This document shows, one piece after another, positions 35,501 through 47,884 of a stretch of 64,000 nucleotides of DNA. Both the position numbers and the translations under genes were made by a program. The stretch spans positions 38,564,001 through 38,628,000 of the forward strand of contig OX638156.1 in the NCBI GenBank assembly GCA_951804945.1. The letters run 5' to 3'. The notes under the pieces are model-generated. The model did no database searches. It had not been told where the DNA came from and saw only the letters and a program-made list of their open reading frames with translations. Position 1 is the first letter of the stretch. Every line of letters begins with the position of its first letter. This stretch comes from Podarcis cretensis. Taxonomy: Eukaryota.

Positions 35501-38500
35501 CAGTCCCACATACAATGTATTTTCTTTGCATGCAGACCACCAATACAACGGTCCATTAATTTCAATGTGTTTACCCTGAATATTATTTTGTAAGGTTTAA
35601 AAACCAAATTCTAGTTATTTTTTAAATAGCCCATTCAAGTCTGAAATCGGCCTTAATAGTAGTTAATGGGTGTTGAGAAGGTACTGAGATGAGAGTAAGC
35701 GTCAAAGTTTTAAAAGTATGGGCAATCTACTTCCACCATCTGCTTTTACAAGGGATGATTATTGTTGTGCCATCTAAGGGACAACCATGCCTCTACCCAC
35801 TACTTCATTAGTGTTCCAGTAGTGTAAGGTGCTCACAAACAAATTAGTTGGGTTGTTCTTGGCATTTAATGAAATGTGAACCCTTTTAGACATAGGCAAG
35901 GCAAGTGTTGCTTCATCATTGTGAGATTTTCTAGAATCCTGTGGCTTCTGGCCACATGAAGTCTCAGCTGAGGGTCCTTCTGGGACTTCCACCAGAAGGT
36001 TGCCAAGCTGTTATTGCATTACCTTGTGCTCTGCTTCCTTTGTGGCCTTGGCTGAATTTTGGGGGGCAATTTGGACAATGACTTTTTGTTGGAAGTGCCT
36101 TGTCAGTCACTTGGACGTGGGTAGCTTGCGTCAAAGTCTCTTTTCTAATTAAACTTTGCTTTTTTAAAATATTTGATTTAGGCTGGCTTTTAAACTAATT
36201 AATTTTAAAAATAAAGTCTGGTGGCATCTTAAAGGCTAATGGAATAATAAAAGCTTTCATGAACAATCTACCAACTGAGGATAACATTTCACACATGTGC
36301 TGGAGCGGGCCATGGCCCGCAAAAGCTTCTGCCACATAGATTCTGTTGGTCTTTGCAATGCCACAATAGACAAACACATCTGCCTTTTGATAATCTGTCA
36401 CTATGATTAATTTAACGTAGGCTTAATGAATGCAACAGCTCAATGACTGCATCTTTTGGGTGATCTTGAAGGAAGCGGACCACGAGAACTTAGTAGCAAG
36501 CAAGCAAGCAAGCAAGCTGCTACTTGTTGCTGGAAGGGATAAGTATTCTTCCTTTTCAACAAATTTACCAAAACGTTACCTATTCGTAATAGGGCATAAA
36601 GGTTGACAGCCTGTCCCCAGAAGTGCCCTAACCCATAAAAGTATGCCAAAATACAGTCATACCTCCGTTTACATAACACCCTGGTTACGTAAACTTCGGG
36701 ATGCATGCGCGGCAAACCCGGAAGTATTTTACCGGGTTTTGCCGCATGCGCAGAAGCAACCCTCAGGTTGCGGAACATCAGGATTCGACTGGACCTCCGG
36801 AATGGATCCTGTCCGCAACCGGAGGTACCACTGCATCTTGTGTAAATTAATATGCCTGTTTATTCTAGTTGGGGGTTTGTTTGGACAGGGACGCGGGTAG
36901 CGCTGTGGGTTAAACCACAGAGCCTAGGACTTGCCGATCAGAAGGTCGGTGGTTCGAATCCCCACGATGGGTTGAGCTCCCGTTGCTCGGTCCCTGCTCC
37001 TGCCAACCTAGCAGTTAGAAAGCACATCCAGCTGCAAGTATATAAATAAGAACCGCTCCGGCAGGAAGGTAAACAGCGTTTCCATGCGCTGCTCTGGTTC
37101 GCCAGAAGTGGCTTAGTCATGCTGGCCACATGACCCTGAAGCTGTACGCTGGCTCCCTTGGCCAATAAAGTGAGATGAGCGCCACAACCCCAGAGTCGGT
37201 CACGACTGGGCCTAATGGTCAGGGGTCTCTTTACCTTTACCTAATGCATGAGACATTCTAAATTTCAAATAAAATAATTCAGCCATCTGTATTAAGGAAG
37301 ATGAACTATGATTCCAGTTGAACGCTGCCAACTTCTGTTATTTTTATTTATCAGAAGGAAAGAAGACAGTTTCTAATTTTGAATGTGTAGGTCATAGAAT
37401 CATAGGGTTGGAAGGGACCACAAGGGTTTTCTAATCCAACCACCTGCAATGCAGGAATCTTTTGCCCAATGTGGAGCTTGAACCCATTATCCTGAGATAT
37501 CCATGCTCTACCAGCTGAGCTATCCTGGGTTATGTGAAACATTTTTATCCTGCTGTTCAGCCAAAAAGGTTTCTAGAGCTGCTTATAGATCTGTAAAAAA
37601 GACACATTTACAGTCTAAAAGGTCTGGTGCTAGAAAAAAAAAATTACGTGGAGGAATGTTAGGAAGACTGAAGCTCAAGTTCAGGGGTGACGAACCTTTT
37701 TCATCCAGAGAGACACATTCCCTAGGGGATATATGCCAGTGGTGGGTAGAATCAGAGGCAAAAGTGGGCATATCAATGGGTTTTTGTATCATAGGGAACA
37801 GCACAAAAGCCACCCACTCTTGCATTTCTCAGCAAAACTCATTGGTGAGCCATAATGCTTTAGAACAGGGAAGTCCCAACAGGTTGATCACGATCTACTT
37901 GTAGATCCCCAGGAGGTTTTGGTCAATCGTGAATCCGGTCCTGGCCCCTCGCCCTGCCCTCCATTGTTGCACAGAATGGAAGACCTGAACCCCCCAAAAA
38001 GGGATTTGACCACTGCCAGTTTTTAATTCTGTGAGTAGATAGCAGTCTCTGGGGACTTGGCCACCACTGTTTTAGAGAAACAATGTGAGTTCATGATTCC
38101 TTCTTGAGACTATTGCTATGTGACTTCAGCAAAGTTACTAGGATCAGTAAGCATGCATTGCTTAGGGGCTTGAAGATTCATCCAAGTTGCATCTCAGTCA
38201 GTGTAAAATCAGTAGAGGACATTTGGCTTCATTCTTCCTTGCCCTTGCTTTTCTTGAGGGAAATCCCAACATTTTTTAACAAAATTCGGGAGGGGGCACT
38301 AAAATTTGTTTATGGCCTCTGCTTTGTCTTCTTGTCCCCCTTTTCCTTGAGTGTTACAGTTCAAATAACCTAAATCCCCAGCTGTGCATACCATGATGGT
38401 GATGGACATTTTAGGAAGCAAATTTGACGGCATCTTTTATTGGGATCCAGGAAAAATCCATTGTGGCTTGCTCTCATTATGAATATAGGGCAATCTTTAT

Positions 38501-41500
38501 TGCAGTTCAAGGCTACAGGAGCAGGTCCCACTCACTAGATCAGCATTGCTCAAACTTTGCATACCTGGAGCATAAATCTTTTATTAGAATTAAAACTGGA
38601 AGCACATTTACATTCCCAAAAAGTATAAGAACTAACTAAATCAGTTAGAATAAAGGCAGTTCGTAATCTTAAAGTATGCTGATGTTTAATGCTTTGCCAG
38701 AAGAAGTTTTTATTTGACCAAGAAAATGATATTGTCACAGGAAGTCAAAGTTGAAGAAAAGATTTTGGAAGATAAAAGGGGAAAAATATTTACTTTCATT
38801 ATTATCATTTTGGGTGTGGGTGTCTGCACATACGTGTGTTTTTGTATGGAATGTTTGGGAAGAAATAAGACGGTAAATAACAAATAACAAACTAAATATT
38901 GATGTATGTGGTTTTTATATCTTGATTGTATTTGGTGGTAGTGTGGTTGTATTGTTTTTTTGTGGCATAGAATCATTCAATAAAAATTATTTTAAAAAAG
39001 AAAAAAAGAAAATGACATTGTCTTCAACGCAATCCAAATTTCAATGCCAGTAATGTTTGCCAGCTTAATTGTCATGTTCAATCAGAAACAGAAATTAAGC
39101 GGGCATTTTAGCAGCTTCATTTACATGTCCCTTGTGAAGAAAACATGAGCTGGTGTTTAGACTAACTCACCTTAACTTGGCAGGGCTGGAAACATTCTGG
39201 GTCCTTGGTTGCTCATGCCCTTCCACTGCTGATGCGGATGACTATAAATTTTAAATTTGCTCCTAGACCACTGAACAAGATCTTAGGGCTATATATAGGT
39301 ATCTGTTCCATTGTTAAAATTTATTGCTGGTTTGGGGTATATGGCCAGTCGAGATGTATGAACAAAATTATGCTGATATTTTAAAAAAGAAAAAGCTTAG
39401 CTTGGCCGTGTATCCTAGTAGACTAGTAGACAGTGTTAGATACTGAGATAGGAATGCTAGGAGTCATGTGGCTACTGGGACCTAGGTTGTGGGCGCCAAA
39501 ACAAAATGTCTAGGTGCCATTTTTTGATGTTGTTGCCCTGCTACCAATCCAGGCAGCCCTGCAAAAAAACCCAAAAAATGCAGGGAGAATCGGGGTTGCA
39601 GGGTAGCATGGCAGCAAAAGATGCATTTTTTGCTATCGCTCTACTCCGCTAAACACCTGATTCACCTGGCTGCGTGACAGCAAAATAAAGACACATCCTT
39701 TGCTGTTGCACTGATGGGCAAATCTGGTGTTTGGTGGGGGTACGCTGTGCAGAAAAAGACGTGCATCTTTTGCTGCCGCTGTGCCCAGCAGATCAGCTGA
39801 CTGCACCTAGGCAGGTGGAGATGTTAGGCGCCAAAGGTGGCTCCTGGACATCTTCATTCAGTTGCAAAAGGCTGGGTAATTTCGAACACTGCTAGCAGAT
39901 GAGAAGGCACATGGCTAAAATGCTTTGTTGCTGCCTTGCTTGGAAGAAGCAAAAAACAATTCAGTAGGACCACTGTGGATTAGAGCAGCCCTCTTTTTGT
40001 ACACTCTTTGTGCTAAATAGGCTTATGGCAAACTGTTTTCAGAGAAGTGGACTCCTTTGTCATTTAAAAATACCACATCCTGTTTGCTGGGATATGGATC
40101 TCATTGAAAGACTATATAAAGCTTGTCTCTTTCCACCCACTGTGTAGACTGTAGAAAATGAAATGGTCTTCTCCTTTTTTCTTCCCCCACAGAGCCTTAG
40201 CCAGTGTAATAAAATAGTGTATTACTTTTAGCTATAGTGATATTGCTCAATAGTGATACTGATATTTATACTTAAGCTTTTACTGTTTGTAAGTTGTTAT
40301 GGATGACCTCTGCCTGCAAATGTGTCATATATATCTTCATTTGTTTTTTGTTGATACAGAAAGGGATTGGAGCCTGTTTCCTGGTGAGGGTACTAGGAGG
40401 ATAAGCAATGAGACAAAAATATTGTGCATTGAGGCACCAAACATAAAACATCACTACTTGTGTGATTGTTTGCTTATTTTATTTAAAAATCATGTTATTA
40501 CTGTTATTTTGGGCTCACTTTTCAGACCCACAATTACTGTCGGCCAAAGATAACATTTTTTAAAAAAATCAGGCCTTGCCATCTGGCTTAGAAACTAAAA
40601 AGATAAAAGACACACAAAGAAGGTAGTGGAGAGAAAAGGTAGAGAAAGGAGAACAAATTAATTACAAAGCAGGCACTTTTATCCAGCTTGGGTGGGGCAG
40701 GTCTTCCCTGGCTTGAAAGCAGCCGGTGGCTCCTGACCCTTTGGCTGTTGGATGGGGCCATGAGAGTGTCCTTTGCCCTTTGCTAACTTCTCCAGTCCCA
40801 GGGCAAGAAGCTGTTGGAGCTGCTCTTTCTCTGGCTGACATTTAGGGCCAGGTTCCTCTTCCCCTTGTCAAGATCCTTTCTGGGAACTGGGGGTACAGTC
40901 TCTGAGTGGCCCTCGGTCCTGTGGCTGGTAGCAGAGGCATGAGTGTGCTTCCATTCACCTCTGCAGCTACAGTGCATAAATATCCTGGAGGGCTAGAGAA
41001 GAATTCTTACAATCCAGGATGTGACCTGAGTCTCTTGGTGAAAATTACACAAGGGTCAGGGTGTTCCAAGATATTGCTGCTGGGTCTCGCCCACTGAGGC
41101 AAATACTGATATCACATGGCTGCTTTGCAAGAAGTAACAAGCAGCTGTGAAGGCACAGTGGTTGAACTCAACCTGAAGGACCTTTGCCAAGGAAGCTCAG
41201 AGAACAAGCAACCCAGTTCAGGTTGAGGGGAAATGCAGAGAGAGGCTCACTGAAGCCTGTGCTGCTCCCATTGTGAAGCTGACGCCTGTGCATCTACAGT
41301 TTTGCAGAATCAAGGCTGTTGTGGAATAGCAGTCAGCTTTCTGACTAGGAGCCAGAATGAGTTCCACCGGAGCTAGCAGCAAGGTGACTTGGGGCACGGG
41401 GAGCTATGAGGCTGGAGGAACTGAGTAGTTTTTCTGGCCTTTTGATTAGGGATGGGTACAACTATCAACATTTCATAAATATATGGAGTCATTTGTGCAC

Positions 41501-44500
41501 ATGATGCTTCATAGTGTTATAAACAAAGAAGTCCCTACCCACCAAAAGCTAGTGAATGTGAACAGATGAGCATAGTTAATCTAAACATATTACAGTGGTA
41601 CCTCTGGTTGTGAATGGGATCCATTCCGGAGCCCCGTTCGCAACCTGAAAGGAACGCAACCCACGTCTGTGCATCTGCATATGCGCGGGTCGCTATTTGC
41701 AGCTTCTGTGCATACGCGTGACGTCATTTTGTGCGTCTGTGCATGTGCGAGTGGCGAAACCCGGAAGTAATCCTTTTCTGGTACTTCCGGGTTGCCGCAG
41801 GATGCAACCTGAAAAAACATCATGAAGCAAATGTCACAAGAGGTATCACTGTACAAAAAAGATTGGTTTTGCAGAAGGATTTGAAGGGGTAATGGTGTAA
41901 ATATGGCACTTTGTGATGTGCAAGCAGGGTGTTAAGTGGAAAAGTAGCAGCCAGAGGAGTTCTGATGGAAGTTCTGGTTGAGCAGAGACTTTTATGGCTG
42001 TGAGTGGTAGTTTTCAGGCAGGCCTGGGTGGAGGGCAATTAATACAGCCTCTTTTTATTCCGTTCCACTCTGTCTGGGCGGAGACTTGATAACTTCTGGA
42101 CTTTTGCTCCAAAGGGAGCAAAATAAAATTCATGAGGGTTTTGTTAGCACTTTTCTTCAAAATTGTAATTCCTAATTGTGAACTGTGACCCATGGACAGG
42201 ATAAAAAAATTCTGGATGGCCTATGATCTGAAGAGGTCATGAGAAATATTTCATGAATTAAATTCTACTTGCTTTAGTTTGATGGAACCTCTAGGGTGCC
42301 TTATAAATCTCTGGCTTGTCTACACTTCATTGCTTTATGAAATAACACTATTGCAAAAGCAATACAAGACCACTGTTCCAAAAAAGCAAAACATCCTATG
42401 ACTGCTGCCTTTCAGTTGAGGCCATTTCCCTGGGCAGCAGAGATTGATTAGATTAGATAAATTTGCCTTTAATCTGTGAGTTGACAATCTCTTGTGGTCT
42501 GATTTCATCATTTATTTAATAATGCACATTATTCTGAAACAATAGTTTGTGCCTGTTCGTGTGGAAGGAATACAGTGCAACATGACCTGCTCAGAATTAA
42601 TGTCCCTTTCTTTCTTTTTCCAGCCGGACAATGAAATCTCATCAGACTGCAACCACGTAAGTGTGCTTTTTTTCTGTAGGGCTGGCACTTGCTTCTTTAT
42701 TGATTCAGTGATTTATATTCTGACTTTTTCAAGGTGGCTTAGAATAAATATAACATTTAAAACCAATATCTTTAAAAAAACCTTAAAAGAGCAGCACCTC
42801 ACAACTTATAATTAGACAATTATAGAAGCCATATGCCAAAGAGAAAAATACAGTTTAAAATCCTAATAAAACCAGATATTTAAAGCCCTTTTAAAGAAAA
42901 CAGGGAGGGAGCTGTAAGTGGCATTTATTATTACTTTGAAACATTTGCTTCTGGCAAATTGGCTTCTTTCAGGGATCCTAGGCCAACTCCTTTTAAGTAG
43001 TAAAGGCTCCTGTTTGTTTATTTCTCTGTGATCTATATAGACAATTTAGATTTTTTTGTGACCATCTTGATAGGAACATAAGTACTAAATCCAGTCAAGT
43101 AGGATAGTATGATGTTTGGGCTTATTTATGTGCAGAAGAATGCCTTAATTAAAATGATACTATTCAGTGGCACCCCAGCTTGTTAAACTGGTGCTGATAT
43201 TACAATCTTTTTGGTGCAAAGTTAAGATTTCCTTTTTTGCCCAGGCATTTTAAAGTGACTTCATCTGTCTTAGGTCTCATTTTTGCATTTTAGCTGCTGC
43301 CCTTTTAGTTTTTACTTTAGAGTGGATTATATTTCCCTGTTGTTATATTTTAATATTGTTATACATCACCCTTTAGATGAAGAATGGTTAACTTAAAAAA
43401 TAAATAAAGTAAAGTAAAAAGTGGACTGGAGGACATTCGGTTAATAGGATGACTCTTTCAATGAATTGGGTAGACAGGGCATTTTAAGTCTCTTCCCTCC
43501 TGTTCCACTCATCTACCCGAAACAGCTATTCACCGACACATATCTCTACCTATATCTATATCCCTGGGGTACCAGGCATGCTTACCAGGGTCTGTTTTTC
43601 GTTTTGGACAATGAGGCACATCAGAGATGGTGGCAGCTTTATGATACATGGTTTATTTACACATATATACAATCTTAGCCTAGATGGAGGGAGTTCAGAG
43701 CATTCACATCCCAAGACAGTCCTGTTCATTCCATTACTGCAGCCTTGAGTTCAAAGAGCTCCCAAACATTGTGTCTGACCCTTCCTTCATTATAAAACAG
43801 ACTGTCATCCTTTTTTTTTTTGCGCTCCCCCTCCCCCAAGCTTGTAAAACAGACATCTTTTTCCTGTTCACTTCTAACAGGCAAACTGTAATCCTAAACC
43901 AAAACTATTGGTCTTTTGTCTTACTAATGATCCCCTCCTGTTTGTGGCTGGCACAGCTTTTGCTTTGCTGATGGCCAATCTTGATGGGTCACGACTGTCT
44001 TTGTTTCTTAAAGATGATTCCTTGATCAGGATAAAATCAAGTTTAGCATGTATTTTTACACTGCTAAATTCAGTGTCAGGCACCTTCTGTTAATTCTTCA
44101 AATATTGGTTGAATTCTAACATTCTAGCCTATAACAATCAAAATACGCATACACACACAAACTGAGGGGTACAGATAGGTTATTTAACTTTCTCTGCAGT
44201 GGAATGCTCTCATGGCATGGCATGGAGAAGACTGATTGGCCATGGGTGCTGTCATAAGCACAGAATCTCAAGTTCCACTAATTATGGCTCTGTTTGTTTT
44301 GAGATTCTTCATGATTATGAGCCATAGAAGTAAGCTCTCGTTTGATTTTTTTAAAAAATGAGATTTACACACCACATGCTTCCCTAAGTTCTGTATTCTC
44401 CATATGTCAGAGCATCAGTATATTAATGTGTTTCTGAAAATCACATGAAAAGTGCTGTGCAGGAAATGCGTTGGTTGGCTTGTGTTCACATAGATTTAAA

Positions 44501-47500
44501 TTTTAACCTGCACAAAGCAGCCTCAAAACCACAATAAAGATATCATTAGTTTGTTTTAAGTCTGGCTCATAAAAGATTCCTGCAGTTGAAAAATAACAGT
44601 ATTGTGTTTCTTCCCTCCCAGCTGTTGTGGAACTACAAGTTGAACCTGACTACAGATCCAAAATTTGAATCAGTGGCTAGAGAGGTTTGCAAGTCTACCA
44701 TATCAGAGGTAAGGCTGAGGAAGATTAGGTGGTGGGCAGTAATCTTCATTTTATTTCTAAATAAGAAAGAATTGAAATCTTGTTGAAATGAATATATCAA
44801 AAGGGTTTTTAATAGAGAATTATTAATATGGTTTATATAGCGCATAACAGAACAGCAGCAAGCCGTGAGATCTTTCGTTCTGTACTTTTCTAAGGCTATT
44901 TGAATTGATGGAATGGGTGGACCACCAACTTTTACTGTAGATCTAGACCATCCTGTACTTGCTAGCAAGAAAGGTACACTAGAGAAATCTATTCTGGAAG
45001 AGTAACAGGTGATGTCTGTGGATCAAAGTACCAACTGGTATGCCAACTGCATCCTCTCCTGGGAGTTTCAGGATTCAGGAAAATGCCTAGAATTGTTCAT
45101 TCATCCTCTGAAAACTCTATAAAATGTAGTCTCTAAGGTGGCATTGTAACACTGTTACTGTGCTCATAAATTCTAAAGTTAAAAAAAGTAATACTATGTT
45201 TACTTGAAGAGCTTCAGTCATTCACAGTTTCATAATTGTTTGTATAATTGCTGGAAGTGTTTGCCTTCAGGTCATTAGCGCACTGATGCATTTTCCAGTA
45301 AAACACTTTTCTGAATATTGCTCCATTGAGGCAGTTTTCCGAGCACTATTTTTCTGAGGGCTACTCATAGCTTTCCTTCTCTCCTGATTCAAGGTAGTGA
45401 TGGCAAGACTTGGAAATCTTCATACATAGCCATATTTAAAGGAAAAAATAAATCTGGAGGGATATTGCTTACCAGTGAGGCTTTGTCACCTGTACCTAGT
45501 GTAGGACCTTTTGGCTAGGTTGAGAGGAATGGAATTTAGAATGTAGCATAAATCTGTGAAGGGTTCATTTCCAAAGTCAAGGGTTGAAACAAATGGACTA
45601 GATATAATTGGGATATTCTGGCTGTGTAGTGGTTGGGACCCTGCATAAATGACAAATAAAACAAGTGTTTCTGCAGGTATTTGTGATTTGCTCTAGTTAT
45701 TTCAAGGTTAAGTTGAGAAGGTTGTTCTGTTTGACAAGCAGTTCATCCTAGTGCTGCCTCCCCTTATACTCTTTCCTTTTGTGTGCCATACCATAAATTC
45801 AGCTTTAGGTCGACAGTACTTTAAAAACAAAAAACAACAACAGGCAGCATTGTGTTGACGGCAAATGCAGTTAGATTTCTTAAATATTAAAGGTAAAGGT
45901 AAAGGTACCCCTGCCCGTACGGGCCAGTCTTGACAGACTCTGGGGTTGTGCGCCCATCTCACTTAAGAGGCCAGGGGCCAGCGCTGTCCGGAGACACTTC
46001 CGGGTCACGTGGCCAGCGTGACATCGCTGCTCTGGCCAGAGCCAGAGCCGCACACGGAAACGCCGTTTACCTTCCCGCTGGTAAGCGGTCCCTATTTATC
46101 TACTTGCACCCGGAGGTGCTTTCGAACTGCTAGGTTGGCAGGCGCTGGGACCGAGCAGCGGGAGCGCACCCCGCCGCAGGGATTCGAACCACCGACCTTT
46201 CGATCGGCAAGTCCTAGGCGCTGAGGCTTTAACCCACAGCGCCACCTGGGCAAGCACTAAAAAGTGGCTATGCTCCGTATTGGCTTTGCTTCTCCCTTTT
46301 TAGCTATCTTGAGAGAGATGTCTCCATGGTTGTAAAGTACAGAAGCAGCCCTTTCCCTCTCCCAAAATCATACCCCTTGAACTTACGCACCTTGAATAGG
46401 ACCAAATACACATGAGTTCTGTTGCTATTAAATAATGAAGTGGTAAATAAAATTAAATGGCTCAAACAAAAAACTTCAGAATCAGCAAATAAAGCAGGCA
46501 AAATGCTAGCGTGGTTACTTAAAAAGAAACAAAAAGACAAAACAATAAGCAGAATAATAGATAAAGGAGAAATTACAAATGACCCTGAAAAAATAAAAAA
46601 AAGTTTTGTAAATTACTATAAAAATTTATACAAAGCAGAAAAGATTGAGGAAACTAAAATAGAAAAATTTCTCATAAACAACAGAGTGCCAAAAATAAAA
46701 GCAAGATTGATTATAAATGGTGAAACATCAGAAGCCTTTAGTATCTCTAAGGGAACAAGACCGGGCTGCCCTTTATCATCCCTCCTATTTATCACAGTCC
46801 TAGAAGTATATTTAAAAGCAGTATCCTAGGATAGATCTTCTTGTGCAAAAGCTTATAAGGTTAGGGCCTTTGCAGACAACCTAATAATCACAATGGAAAA
46901 CCCACTAGCGAGTATTTGAGCAACACTGGAAAAAACGAAGGAATTTGGACAACTATTAGTATTCAAAATTAATGCAGTGATACATTGGTTTGCATACGTC
47001 TTGATTTCATTCGTTTTGGATTACAAACACGTCAAACCCAGAAGTGCGTGTCCCAGTTAGCAACCTCTTTTTGGATTAAAATCCTTTTTTTTTGGATTAC
47101 AAACCAATTTTTTTTAGAGGCCCCATTGGCGAAAGCGCGCCTTGGGTTACAACCTGTTTGGGTTTACAAACGGACCTCCAGAATGGATTATGGTTGTAAA
47201 CCAAAGTACCACTATAATGAGAAAACAAAACTCACGGTGAAAAATCTACATATACAAGAAAGCAGATTTAGAAGCAGAGACAGGATTTAAAGTAACAAAT
47301 AGAGCAAAATATTTAGGAATTTGGATTACTATGAAAAATATTAATTTATATAGAAGATAATTATGTAAAAGGTATGAAAAGAAATTAAAAAAGATTTAGA
47401 GATCTGGAGTAAATTTAACTTTTGCTGTGGGGAAGAATATCTTCAATCAAAATGGTCGTCTTACCAAAAATGAGGATCCATTCCGATCCCCAATGGCCTC

Positions 47501-47842
47501 AACTGCTTTAAAGAAGGGCACAGATTCTTGGCTAAATACATATGGCAGGGCAAAAAAACCCAGAATTAAGTTTAAATTACTAACAGAAGTCAAAGATAGA
47601 ACAGGGTTTAGAATGCCAGATCTTAGGATTTATTATGAAACTGCTTGCCTGGTTTGGCTCAAAGATTGAATGATATTAAAGAATACCAAATTATTGGACA
47701 TTGAGGGCTGAGATAACATAGTAGATTGGCATGGTTATTTGGGCTACAATAAAATTAAAATTCATAAGGCATTTTTAAATCACATTATTAGGAAAGCTTT
47801 ATATGAAGTATGAAACAAAGGCACAGGAATAAGCTGGTTGCA

Positions 47843-47884
<42 letters not shown>

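Noticed and set aside
34955-37525. tRNA-like A/B box sequences
   Set aside because: They are SINE heads followed by LINE-derived tails, not tRNA genes
40538-41011. Possible second old LTR (GC-richer tract with a reverse TATA-like motif)
   Set aside because: No matching TSD or convincing inverted termini
46422-46829. 135-aa ORF as a possible domesticated gene
   Set aside because: Piece of a deleted, stop-ridden L1 ORF2
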